63,330 nt of DNA, taken from contig ADNK01001089.1 of the NCBI GenBank assembly GCA_000320545.1, positions 1 to 63,330 of the forward strand. The letters are read 5' to 3'. This document shows positions 13,952-25,961 of the stretch, in pieces; within the stretch, counting starts at the first letter, position 1; the number at the start of each line of letters is the position of its first letter. This DNA comes from Bigelowiella natans CCMP2755 (taxonomy: Eukaryota > Protista > Cercozoa). The notes under the pieces are model-generated. The model searched no databases and was not told the DNA's origin. It saw only the letters and a list, made by a program, of their open reading frames with translations. The translations under genes were made by a program, and so were the position numbers.

Positions 13952-15167
13952 GAAGACGATTGTGGGGAGAAAGAAGCGGTTGCATTGAAGTTGAAAGGAA
14001 CCGACCGTCCATCCAAAACGCCCACATCTTGTTAGCAAAAATCAAATCCACATTGTATCCTGCCATGAGCAGTGGAGGCTCTTGGAGCAGCATAACGTCA
14101 TTTTTCGCCATTTCAGAGTCAGGAAATATGCCTCGGTTGCGCAGCTGCAGGAAGTGAGAGGGGCCATCACTGTCGTTGTCTTTCATAATGATTAAACAAT
14201 GATTTCAGGCTATAGGGGTCCAGATTCATATGGTGTTGCACTATAGTTGTACGTGCTCATAGGATGAATGTGGCTCATCGTGTGTGCATGCTGCATAGGT
14301 GCTGTACACTGCCAGTAGTACCAGCAAACATGCCACTCAGATCTGCAACCAGCGTGAGCTCAGGCTTGTCGTCGAACTCTTTTGCGACGGGAATTGCACC
14401 ATGTATGGATGCATAGGTCAAGATGCTTGGGATTGCTATTGGGGCCTCCTCCCATGAGTACACGACCTTCTTCGAAATGAGCTCCGGCGCGAATAACCTT
14501 GCTTGCGCGTACACCTCTGTCTTTCCCATAGTAGTGAAGTTGATGTTGCGCGTCTTCTCAAGGAAGCCCTTAAAGTGTATAATTACTACTTGCATACAAT
14601 TGTGCGTGCTTACGTGTGCGTGCTAACTTGGAATATCTTGCACAACGCGTTTTTCAGTTCTTATTGTTTGAAATAGGAAACCATGATTGATATTTCATCC
14701 AACCCCCTTTCATCATCATCTTCTTCTTCTTCTTCTTCTTCATTCTTCTTCATTCTCACTATCCTGTATCGCTATAATAATAATCAAAATAGGAAGCATG
14801 CAGGGCCTCACCGCACCATGGTAATATGAAAAGTGTTGCAGCAGCACCACCTTAATGTTCTCCCATTCGACACCTGCCGTGTACAACCTAGGGCCCTCCC
14901 TGTTTAGAAGCCCAGCTAGTGCCGTCACTTGCACGTTGCTGTCTGCCCCACCCTCATTTGATAAGACGGTCACCTAATATTGATCAGATCACGAAGAGGT
15001 GGGTCAGCAAGTCGTTCGGCGTCGATTTGTAGATGTATTGATGTAACACTCACAACCCAAGGAAAATCGGGGAGCTTCATCTTGTAATGTGAGACAGAAG
15101 AATCAGCAGTAGCAGTGATATAGATAGCAGAGATGAGCAAAGCGCCTAGTTGGTGCATGGGAGGCAT
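11958..15167 (-). CDS. GxGYxYP putative glycoside hydrolase family protein; signal peptide and C-terminal transmembrane anchor
   Basis: N-domain motif VTALAGLLNREGPRLY. C-domain motifs AYVTLITSDGDNL, PLSWTLSPRLLDYAPVYAEW / FYYAASETENDSFLFGPSGYSYGYPSQF (the GPSGYxYxYP signature). N-terminal signal (QLGALLISAIYITATA) and C-terminal TM (ILASIGVGILTSTVVVLWC). Confidence 0.82.
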
Positions 15168-15761
15168 CACTGCTTAATTGATGATCAAGTGACCACCCCC
15201 CAAGGACAATCCCGAGTTGCACGCCAGAACGCAAAAGAGTCGGAGGTTTGTTGGTGAGATAGACTTGGTCATATGTCAAGTCGTAAGATAAAAATCACCT
15301 ATATTTTTGCCCAAACGCTTCCTGTCGCTCAACTCAGAATCTAGATCTCGTACTCGTACAATGTGTAGATAGATCTAGCGGTTGAATGATAAAAAAATTG
15401 TCATAGAAATAAAAAGGCATTTTAAGCACTGCGACATGCCAACTGGCCTTGGCGCTAGGAATATGACGACTTACACAAACTGCTCCTGACTTCTTGCGAG
15501 CCGAAAAGATTACCGTACAAACGAGGGTGAAATGTCTCATACGACGATTTGTGTACGTTGTCGTAGCTTTGAACTTATGTTCTATTCGCATGTTCTTTCT
15601 CCATGTTGCTCGTTTGCCGACGGTAGTTGCAAAATCTGCTTAGAGCTTAGAGCACCGGCCGGAGAAGAGGCGACGGAATATCAGAACTCAAAGGACCCTT
15701 CACATCTTCAATTGAACAAAAGCCTGAAAATAAATCTCGCCTTCTCTCGTCTACGTGTGCA

Positions 15762-16925
15762 ATGATTCTGCGTTCCTCACAAATTCTGAGCTTAAGGTCA
15801 AGGCGGGTTCCACGAAAAAGGAGTACAGCACGAAAAAGGAGTGCGAAGAAAAAACGGAAGCAATCCATGGGAAGAACTACTGACAAAAATGGAAGTGTAA
15901 AGAAGACGAAACGAGAAATTCATACCGCTACTCCTAAAAAAGAGTACAAGAAACCTGCTCGAGCAAAGAAGACAAAGATATCCAACCAAAGTAGTCCCAA
16001 TTCTGATGTACACACCGAACGACTCAAAGCGGTGCGGAAACTCAATGTAACCTCGTTTGTGAAATCACTGTTGAGGGAAGTAATAAATAACGAGAAGAAA
16101 TATATCGATCATTATGTTCCAATTTATCACGTCTACTGCAGTTCTGCTGTTATCTATGAAATCTACTCCGCTCTCGCTGCAGTCCTCCTGGATTGGGAAG
16201 GAGACAACGTGCTTCCCCGGCTTCATACCAGTCCCTTTTTACTTGCTCCAAATGCACTAACGCTTCGGGAAAAACTTAAATCGTTCGTTCCAACTCTGAC
16301 ATCGGCAAATGACGACAAATGGGGCAACGATCACAATAATAAATTCCGAAGCATTGCGATTGCGGGAAACACGAGCCTGTTTCATGGGAGCGAGGCAAAT
16401 CCTATAAATTTTAGCAGCGGCTACTGTGCCTGTGGTGTGTCAGGTATCATAAATGATGTATTTGATAAAACTGAAACGATGCCACTGAAGGAGAAAGTGC
16501 GTAAGCTTGCGATGAAGTATGAGTATCCACTTGAAGCTTTTGGACCAGGACAATGGAAAAGCATAGGGAGAGGAAGCTTACTTCAAATATTTGTTAGGAA
16601 AGACATTATTGATGCTGTAGGATATGCTTGCTTTGCCTATGGAAAAATTGATCATGATCGTTCTTCTATTCGAAAAGCTCTTGAATGTATTCCTCCAAAG
16701 CATGGCCAATGTCGCCTATCTGCAAATCCAAAAGTATTCATGGATCCAGAGTTGGCAAAAGTCTTTCATTTTTCTTCAGATAAAAAGCGACACAATGGAA
16801 GGATGGAATTCCAAAACGAACTGCGATCGATTTTTAAAGATTATTATGAAAATAATCAGGAGAAAAAGCTTAAAGCAATTCGACAGTTTCTTAATCCTTT
16901 GCCATCTACGCTAATGTATAAATAA
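15762..16925 (+). CDS. Hypothetical protein, 387 aa uninterrupted ORF: Lys/Arg-rich N-terminus plus a globular domain of about 300 aa
   Basis: Long, complex, stop-free ORF. The frame stays open upstream to an AG at about 15650, so a 5' exon may exist. I did not recognise a family with certainty. Confidence 0.75.
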   Translation: MILRSSQILSLRSRRVPRKRSTARKRSAKKKRKQSMGRTTDKNGSVKKTKREIHTATPKKEYKKPARAKKTKISNQSSPNSDVHTERLKAVRKLNVTSFVKSLLREVINNEKKYIDHYVPIYHVYCSSAVIYEIYSALAAVLLDWEGDNVLPRLHTSPFLLAPNALTLREKLKSFVPTLTSANDDKWGNDHNNKFRSIAIAGNTSLFHGSEANPINFSSGYCACGVSGIINDVFDKTETMPLKEKVRKLAMKYEYPLEAFGPGQWKSIGRGSLLQIFVRKDIIDAVGYACFAYGKIDHDRSSIRKALECIPPKHGQCRLSANPKVFMDPELAKVFHFSSDKKRHNGRMEFQNELRSIFKDYYENNQEKKLKAIRQFLNPLPSTLMYK

Positions 16926-17739
16926 CTTCTCGAGTGTCAGCTACATCGTAATTTCACACGCACGCAAAAGCGCATTTGGAACGAACTCTAGTGTGCGAAA
17001 TCAAAACGACGAAGTCGTGCTATTGACCTAATAGTGAAAATGGAAAGAGTATATTTCGACAACGCGGCTCACATTCATACTTAAAAAAAGCGAGAAGAAA
17101 ATGATCAAGTGAATTTTGCACATCTTTGCACCGTTTTCTTTCATTCGTTCAACAGATAGAAAAATGAACAGCGCCGATCTTAGGCTATGCATTGCATTGC
17201 TCTGTTGAGCACATTGCTCGGCTGTGCAAAGCACATTCTGCGGAGACATTTTGCATCACTCATCGCTCATCATCACATGCTTGATGTCATCATGCTGCTA
17301 GCCTGTAGTGCCATGACACGATGCTGGCGATCGAACGACAACGCAAGTACGCCTTCAATGACACATGCGATGTTGCTTTGTTCATGTTGTTGACATGGTC
17401 GATATCCCGACCGAAGACCGAAACATGTTCATGTAAGTTGCGCAATAATGAGCGTCTTAATGTATCTCCCTAGTACTAGTGATGAGCTTCCTGGTGAGAA
17501 TCTGTGCGAAATTAATGACAGGCGATTTCCACCCTAAGACAGACAAAAAAGGGTCCGTTTTGTACTTCGTAGCTTGCTCAGATATTAGACTATTAACGAT
17601 ATTATTTTACAACAAAAAATCTAGAGAGAAAAAGTCAAATAGCAGGTGATTTCTACAAAATATCGCCAATTGTGATCTGTCGCAGAAGCATCAACAGCTG
17701 GTTCTGTAATCATTTTTCAATCGGCAACATTGATCGATC

Positions 17740-18375
17740 ATGGGGCTGGTCAAGAACTGCATCTGCCTTGGAGGAGCTACTGCTGCAGCCGTGTACATGG
17801 TGACCCTCCCCCCTTCATCTCCCTAATTTGTTAGGCTTTTTTGATTTGATATATTGTGTCATCAGACTGGATGGGGTTTCACCGGAATTGTCTCCACTGG
17901 GGTGACAAGGAGTATAAATGAATCTGTGGAAGGAGTGGTAAGAAGTAAAGAGTATTCTTTTTCATCGCTGGTGACTGGTAGATACTGATACTCGTCCTCT
18001 GATGACACCACCATTTGGGGGGTACTCCCTGGGGGCTTAGATGAAGAAAATGAAGCTCCAAGAACTGGCAAACAAAATTTGGGAAGACGCAGATGCTGAT
18101 AAAAATGGATTCCTCGACAGAAAGTATTAGAGCTCAGTAGCTATTTTTGGCTTTTTTGGCTAGCCCGTCTTTACAACGTTTCTATGTGTTCATCTAGCGA
18201 AGTCAAGGACCTCCTTAGCTCGATTATGATTCAGATCTCGAATGAAGTATCAAAGGTGCATTCACGAAATTTAGGTATTTAATCGATCGATTATAACAAA
18301 GTTCTCCTTATGTACAATTCAGGAAGTTGCACATATGAAGAGGGAGGAGAAGACAAAGGCCAAATATGCACTGTA

Positions 18376-18421
<46 letters not shown>

Positions 18422-19173
18422 CTTTTACATGTCTTATGAGTGATTTTAATTTTGTTTGAAATAATTTTTGCATTATTAGGGACAAAGCTCGTTCGAGTTT
18501 GGAGGATCCTGCCAACGTGGGAATCGTCTCTAATTTGTGTTTGACTTCTTCTTATTTCACTTGTAGTCATACGACCTATTCTCCTCCCCTGTCATGTTCA
18601 GATGAAAACCTGGATTGATCTCGTATTCAAAACCTTCGATGCAAATCAAGATGGGAAAATCAGCAAGGAGGTCAGGATTCTTTAATCCCGTATTTAAAAT
18701 GACCTTAGATTGCTTTGGTATTTAAATTAAATCGAAATTATATAAGGATAATTAAACTTAGATATATACTACGCGGAATTTATGAGTTCTCGAATTAATA
18801 CGCAAAATCATTGAGATGCTAAATATTTGCTACGTAAAGGAGTTCCGTAGTGCCTTGAAGCAAATTCCTGGTGCTGTGACCAGCGTCATGGTGAGAGAAG
18901 ACTTCATAAGAGTGTATATATTTAGAAATTTAGAAATATGAATTTAATATGCACTAGCACCCCGACACAATATCATTCATTATTGTTTTTTGCTTTACTT
19001 CACTCTCTATCTCAGAACGCAGCAAACGGTGGCATTATGCTCGTTGTGGGTGCAAACGTTTTGGGGGGAGCACTGGCAACCCTCGGGTGCGGTCACAACA
19101 TGAAATATAAAGGCTGACTCATGATACTTACTCGTCCTCTTAATCTAGATGTTTGATCGGGCTATGCAAATAA
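17740..19173 (+). CDS. EF-hand calcium-binding protein with hydrophobic N- and C-termini (10 exons)
   Basis: MGLVKNCICLGGATAAAVYM / TGWGFTGIVSTG... / ...IWEDADADKNGFLDRN / EVKDLL (EF loop DADKNGFLDRNE) ... FKTFDANQDGKISKE / EFRSAL (EF loop DANQDGKISKEE) ... NAANGGIMLVVGANVLGGALATLG / CLIGLCK*. All introns are short GT-AG and phase-consistent. Confidence 0.85.
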
Positions 19174-19328
19174 ACCAGTTCCATCTCCTCGCCAACTAAA
19201 AGAGCACACACGATCTTGTGGTGGAATCTATTGGAAACATTTTTTGTTACAAATGCTATGCGCATTCAGATATCGGATATATTCATGCATGGTACGCGAC
19301 GGTGCATGAGTTGCCGTAATACAGAATG

Positions 19329-19506
19329 TGAAACGGATGTAATGAATAAATTAAATCTTTTCAATGGCCGTCCTCATGAAGCTATGCAAAGCTGCGGCTA
19401 TAGCGTAGTACAGAACATAGCCTACCCTTATTTTTAGGCAATGGGATCCCTTATTGTCTCTACCAAATAGTAACGTGTGCTCTTCATACATGGCGGCAGC
19501 ACATCA

Positions 19507-19542
<36 letters not shown>

Positions 19543-19736
19543 TGTATGCATGATGTCTCCGCTACGTACGACATGTTATCATTGCTACAGGCATATAATA
19601 CATAACACATAGCACATGTACATGTTGTATGCGCATTGTGACAGAAACAAACAATCATGAAAACAATTTATAAGCGCTGTGACAGCTGCTTGTATAGGTA
19701 GATTAGAAATTTAATTTATTCATTACATCCGTCTCA
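19329..19736. mobile_element. Putative MITE, 408 bp, with 28-bp terminal inverted repeats
   Basis: Left end TGAAACGGATGTAATGAATAAATTAAAT (19329-19356) versus the reverse complement of the right end TGAGACGGATGTAATGAATAAATTAAAT (19709-19736): 27/28 identical. The interior is non-coding and contains a (GT)n tract. Related ends occur at 11.8 kb and 37.2 kb. No clear target-site duplication. Confidence 0.65.
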
Positions 19737-19989
19737 TCGTTGCAGCTACGCTGCGTAGCACCTCGCTCGCTCAATGATGCCATAGAGTCGATCGACTAGT
19801 ATCGTGTTGCGTGTTAGTTGTTCATAATAATATATAGCCATTCATGATGTACGCAGTGCGAACATAACGACAACTCCAGAAGCAGGTGGCGTATAATAAA
19901 GCATTGTGTAGCTTGCATTAAAATACTGAGGTCGTCGCTGCGCTGCGTCCCACAAATCGTTAGGAGCGAGTGCGGAGTAAAAGTGATTA

Positions 19990-21164
19990 TTACTTAGCTG
20001 TAGGAGAAGCATTAATAAATAGCACATTGGCTTGCCCTGCAAACCTTGAAGTCGGCATGCAGTTGCTTCTAACTTGTTCTAGCAATGGCATTGTATCGTA
20101 AGACAACGTGTTCACGAAGTGCCGACTTGAGATAATTTGCCACATGCTCTCAATATTGCCTCCGCAGATCGTATCAAACACTGGCCGGCTTCTACCTTGA
20201 CCTACGAGTAACGTTTGCAAATGAATAAACTTTCACTCTTCAAAAATGCGCGAATAGAAATCATACACAAACGCACACACGCCTACAGCTTAGTTCCCGG
20301 CACGAGACATGCAACAGGTAGTTTCAGCCAAAGTCTTATCCTGCACATTATTCTTCCCTCCTCCTTCCTACGTAGCCCCAGTGAGGCCACGAAATTAGAA
20401 GATGTATAATACCCCTTGCTCTGATGCCATTTCTCTTCCGTACAAGTCTAGGGCTTCTGCTGCCCTTTTCTGACGAAATACAACGATAAGCAAAAAATCT
20501 CTGATGGAAGAATAAATTGTAGGAGCACCAGGTTTGCGGAAGATTCGGCCAGGTGACCTAAGCAATCAAGTAGTTTTTAGCGGGTGAACCACGTCATACA
20601 TCTTCCTAAATGATCAGGTATTGGATTCAACGACTTCTATTTGTGTATTATAATGAATTCTAATGTATAAAAAATTCACCTTCATAAATATGTAATGTAA
20701 CATAAATATACACATTGAGCACCACCAGTGCTATGGTTGTTACTACTCGATGAGCGAGCATGATGACGGCAATGCATACTGAACAACGGATTACTTACAA
20801 AACTGTATGCCAAATAATGTGTTTCATGTGGAGGACGTGGCCCTAGAGCTCGTGGATATTGTTGGTCGCAGGTACTTGCTAATATTTGAGGATCTAAACC
20901 GTTCTCCCCGGCCTCCGCTGCCTTTTCTATGTCTGCATTTGCATTTATAGATTCACTTACATAAAATATAAAGAAATGGTGTATCATAAAGGTGAGAAAC
21001 CAGAAGCGGCTGCTTCTAAGCTATTTTCCAAATTTTCAATTCCTAATTTGACATCCACGGCAAGGAAAAGGAGAATATTTAGGGTAAAGAAAGGAGAGAT
21101 GATGAGAATTGAATTAGAACTTTGACTACATGCGAAAGAGGAAGGGCAAGAGAGAGAGAGAGAC

Positions 21165-21223
<59 letters not shown>

Positions 21224-22511
21224 AAGAGAGGAGGAAAAAGATCTTTACAGTACTCACCGCCGGGAGCGCTAGCTGCAGCAATATGAAATTCGTTTACAAT
21301 TTGTCTGAACGAGGTCCAAGCACCCTGGAAGGGAAAGTAAGGTGTGAATAACATCAATTTCAGCGATGTTGGTAGTGAAAGATTTCAGGAACTGCTTAAA
21401 ATACATGATAGTTGTATGTGTAATCGTATGTTTTAATAAACAAACATACACATACACATAAACAACATATTTTTTAATATCAGCGTCAGTTTGATTTTCA
21501 CCTCCAATGCTGCAGCACGCATCGATGAACAACCTGACAAAAAAGGCAGTAGGTGAAGGAATAACTTATGTCTACCAGAACGTGTGCTCACCCTCAGCAT
21601 TTGAAATTGTATCTCCAGCTAGGAAAAACTCTCGGCCTGCATTTGCCTAGCAAAGACCCATAATATCTCTAATGCTATCACAATTTTGAAATATTATTGA
21701 TTTAGTGAAGTACCAACGCACAACCAGCTGCAGCGTAAGTTGCAGGGTCCTCTTCCGCAAGTCCAAAGTGTCCCAACCATGAGGAGCAACCAACCTGCAC
21801 ATATAATGCGTCTTCATAGGAACATAGTCGTAGAACAAAAAGATGGATTCGCTACCATTTCGTCGCCTCCAACTTGAAATTCTTTCCCAGCCTGCGAAAA
21901 TGATTTCAGAGTCAATGAATAAAACAAAAGATGATGTACATGGTATGCAGGCAGGAAATATTTTTGCTGTGTATGCACTTCAATGTATTGTTATATTGGA
22001 TGGATCAAGCTTTCTTTTGCCATGAATAATCATGTTGCACTTTAGAATAGACCTCGACGAGGCCAGGCCCAATGACAAGCGAATAGATGTGATCATCGTC
22101 ATCGCTAGCTTTAACTTCTACAGCTCTCATATTCCTCTTAGCGACATTATTTAAACGGTCTAATCGCATGCGGTCTATGCTTCGAATCTGACGAGACCCC
22201 AGTTTCAGCCTTGCGATGATGACACGTTGAGGCACCGGTGCTCGTACGGATACAGATATGTCAGTGATTCTGTAGCATGAAAGGAGATGTGCAGAAAGTA
22301 ACAGAGCAAATGCAGCCATACAGGCTGTGGAACGATGGCCCGTTGCAAGATTTGTCGATCGAACGAGGTACGAGTACAACAGGAGAGGGCCAACGCCGAT
22401 CGATGAGGTTTTTCCGTAGTTATTGTTGTCGCAGGCTTTAATCCTCCTGGGAATGTACCCATCAACCTGAAAGGGTTCTCGGGGATTCTCTACATGCGTC
22501 ATGATAAACAT
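19990..22511 (-). CDS. Hypothetical Ala-rich helical protein, probably plastid-targeted (many short exons; start and stop uncertain)
   Basis: Mostly phase-consistent exons: MAAFALLLSAHLLSCY...RAVEVKASDDDDHIYSLVIGPGLVE / AGKEFQVGGDEM / VGCSSWLGHFGLAEEDPATYAAAGCAL / ANAGREFFLAGDTISNAE / GCSSMRAAALE / GAWTSFRQIVNEFHIAAASAPG / IENLENSLEAAAS / IEKAAEAGENGLDPQILA / HLAESSANL / KRAAEALDLYGREMASEQG / VKVEAGQCLIRSAEAILRA. Confidence 0.6.
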
Positions 22512-22589
22512 GTTGTCGCAGAGAGACTCCTTCCTCCTCATCTCACGTCTCTCATACGCGGCTCCTGTGAAAGAAGGAAAAATCAGAAG

Positions 22590-22692
22590 ATGGAGCAGCA
22601 GAGTGAAGAGCAGCAGGTCACCCGCCTTTGACAGCATAAAAATATCAATGTCATTTTGGCAAGTGTTAATTTTCTCTCTCTCTCTTCTTTCA

Positions 22693-22738
<46 letters not shown>

Positions 22739-23969
22739 CTTACGCTTCCGAAGTGGACGTTGCGCAGTCTCTCTCCATGCGTGTCTAAATGAGACAATTC
22801 CTGAATTATATCTCTGCATCAGGATACCAGCCCGGAAGCTATGATGGCGAAGGCAGAAAGCCTTAAAAAAGAAGGAAACGCTTTTTTCAAAAAGAAGGAG
22901 TATGCGGAGGCATTGAAGCGATACGTCAGGATCTTTCTCTACATCAACCACCTGAATGTTTCGGACGATCTGAAACAGTAAGTATACATTTTCTTGTTAC
23001 GTTTCTTTCAACTTTGACACTGAGGTGCAAGCATCTTTCCCCTCCTCCTTTCGTGCAAATCCCACTTAGAATGGTTGGAAACCGAGCACCCGAGACTGGA
23101 AGTGTGAAGGTACGAGTGTGGGGGTGTTAGAGTAGTAGCGTTGGGCAGTGTAATGTGGGCGCGAAGGGAAGGATACAACATATGATTTACAAGCTATTAC
23201 CGTACAATTAGAGCGAAGATGTTGTCAAGTTACAAGTCGTTGTCAATCAAAACTGCGCACTTTGCAAGCTTAACCTAGGAGACTATGCGTACTCGGAGAC
23301 GTTTTGCAATAAGGTAGCAAAAGCAATGCTGGGCACATTAGACATGTATAGGTGATAAGTGTGAAATTTTCCTGCTATGAAATATAGAATAAGACCAATC
23401 CTCACGGATACATAAACTTACCCAAAGAAATTCCAAAATTAAATTATCACCAGGCACTGACGAGAGACCCGAAGGCCATGAAAGCCATTATGATAAGGGG
23501 AAGAGCACGTTTGCGCTTGAATAATCTTGATGGAGCAAAGCAAGGTTTATATGCGTTGGGTTCAAAATTAGATTGCGTTTACACAATTCTCTTGGAACTC
23601 AGATCTCGAGGCCGCGAAGAAAGAATTTCCCAATAGCAAAGTGATCCAGGCAGATCTGGAACATTTGAAGAGGAAGTACAAGAAAGTCGAACAAAAACAG
23701 GCGAAACTTTTTGCAGGGATGTTTGATAGGTACCATTCTCCACAGATATCAGAATATAATAATTATGCGCTGAATTTGAAGCACTGATCTTTCCTTTTTT
23801 CACGTACAGAAAACCAAAGAAGCAAAGAGCGAAGACTGACAGTGTCAAGGGTTTAGTGTCGGAGGCTATCGGAGGCGAAGAGGGTGATAAGATTTCCAGC
23901 TTGATTTCTCAATTTACAGGCGGTGCAGATTCAAGTTCCTCTACAGCTGATCAGCCAAGTTCTTCGTGA
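22590..23969 (+). CDS. Tetratricopeptide repeat protein, TTC9/FKBP-TPR-like (7 exons)
   Basis: MEQQSEEQQ / DTSPEAMMAKAESLKKEGNAFFKKKEYAEALKRYVRIFLY / ... / QNCALCKLNLGDYAYSETFCNK / ALTRDPKAMKAIMIRGRARLRLNNLDGAKQ / DLEAAKKEFPNSKVIQADL...KQAKLFAGMFDR. Three TPRs, a K.EGN..F carboxylate-clamp start and a ++.GMF tail. Confidence 0.88.
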
Positions 23970-24576
23970 ATATACTGTTCAAGCGATCAGTAGCTCAACA
24001 TTATCTATCGGGCACATGCGTATGGCAAACATTGATCTGTTCCTGTCATTGGTATTGTGTCTGGAATATATATACTTACTGTAGCGCGGCGGGCTAAACG
24101 CCATGTCCTACGCGGTACAAACAAGCTCACAAGTTGGGTTGCGAGCAATGAGAACATGCACGTACTGCAGGCTATATAAATTAATGCATGCTACTGTACT
24201 ACTGTACGTGTGTATCCATCATCAATACCAAGGATGACGTGCATCATTCTGCAGGTAGATGAACACATTATAAGCCTAGTGTCATTGTTAGCCCAGTGCC
24301 ATGCGTTGTAACTAGCTAGCTAGGGGGATAGATACTTTCAATTATGCAACGAAAATTCGATAATTTTGAGGAGATTTTTACTAAAGTGGAAGCGCTGCTG
24401 ATCGAGCATGAGCTAGCGCGCTGCCATGACCTCTAAAATAAAGCCTAGTCATACGTCATAATTTATGCTGTGACCCTAGTAATGTTGGCTGTGGTGACTA
24501 TGTACTTACTACATAAGTAAACGTATATTGCCCACATCGATGTGTGGTCACCCAGGTGAACTGCTTCCTACAATTT

Positions 24577-25961
24577 TTACTTTGCTTCTTCAGACGTCTT
24601 ACTTCTGCTTTTGCCCTCCTTTTTCGATACAAGAGGGAGATACCACGCTTCCGTGAAGCCGGCGTCTTCCCGTGCTTTCGTATTGAAAGGTGGCTTCAAA
24701 TTTCCTCGAAAATTCTTCCTCACGATTTCATGAAAAGATTGGATTGGGTCTATCCTCAGTTTTTCGCAAAGAAATCTATGTAGCGAAACACAATGATTCT
24801 GAGCGCGTAACATGATGTTGTGTTGTTGTTTTTACTTGAACCAACGCACTCCAGCTTCCACGTGCGTAATTTCGTCAATGTATATTTCGTTCATTAAGGC
24901 CGCGCTCTTCTTATCACCACCTCCATTGAACTTTGCAATACTCTGTGATGTGATGAAAATTGAGGAAGCAACAGAATACCATGCAGAGGCGAATGCAATC
25001 CACCTTCGGAGTAACATCCAATCCGCGAGCCTCATGTACCATATGTATGATAGCTGCAGGAAAAATTAAGATAAATGTATTAAATTGAGATTCACCTATT
25101 GTGAAGTACCAAGTCTGTCTAGCAGATTCTCTTTCGTCTCCATGGCGCTTTGCCACAGGCCATCGTGAACTGGAAGGGTTCCATACTCGGAACCCAATTC
25201 TAACAGTCGATCAGCCCACATCGTGAAATGTCGGGCTTCGTCCCAAGCAACCTTCAACCAATCGCCATAGAATTCCTTCGGCAGAGCTACTTTGGGTGGC
25301 ATCTCCTGTGATTGTTCCGAGAATAATTTTTCGTATTGTCAATATCAAATTGGAAAATATTCGCATAAATTAGCTCGGGTCAGGAGAAAGCTGCACCTTG
25401 GAATGGAATCTCAGTATTATGTCCCACGACAGGTCAATCGCGTAGGATTCGATGTGAGCGAAACTGTGGACCATTGCTATTCTACTGGCTTGTGATCTTC
25501 CCTAAAAACCAATTGCATCTGATATATGGCATATCGCATGTTGCATATTACTACCTTGCCAAGCGACTTCATCTTTCCAGGAGCTAATGTGTTCGCATTC
25601 AAGGGTCGACCAGGGTACTGCAAGCATGTAGCACGTATTGTTATCCCAAAGTGTCCCCGTTTTTATTTCTTGGGATATTTACTCTGTGCACTCAATATTC
25701 CATATAAATATAAACCTCTGGAGCTATATGAGATTTGCTTTTTCTTTCCTCATATTCTGTGGGGGCAACTGGAAGCAGATTTTCTTCCCATAGCTTGTAC
25801 GCTTCTATTGTCAGAGCCGCTTTTTTCCGCAAGTCCCTTTCTTTCAATACATTTGCTGCATAGTCGAGAAGACACTTCTCATTATCCACATGAAAGCCTT
25901 CGTTCTTTGTATTTATCCCCTTCTCCAGCGCACCGTCGGGAGTGGGAGGGCAATTAGCCAT
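24577..25961 (-). CDS. DUF455 family ferritin-like di-iron protein
   Basis: PGRP..., RIAMVHSFAHIESYAIDLSWD, LPKEFYGDWLKVAWDEARHF, YGTLPVHDGLW, HMVHEARGLDVTPK, IYIDEITHVEAGVRWF, LKPPFNTKAREDAGF. These are the diagnostic DUF455 motifs with ExxH iron ligands. Confidence 0.92.
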
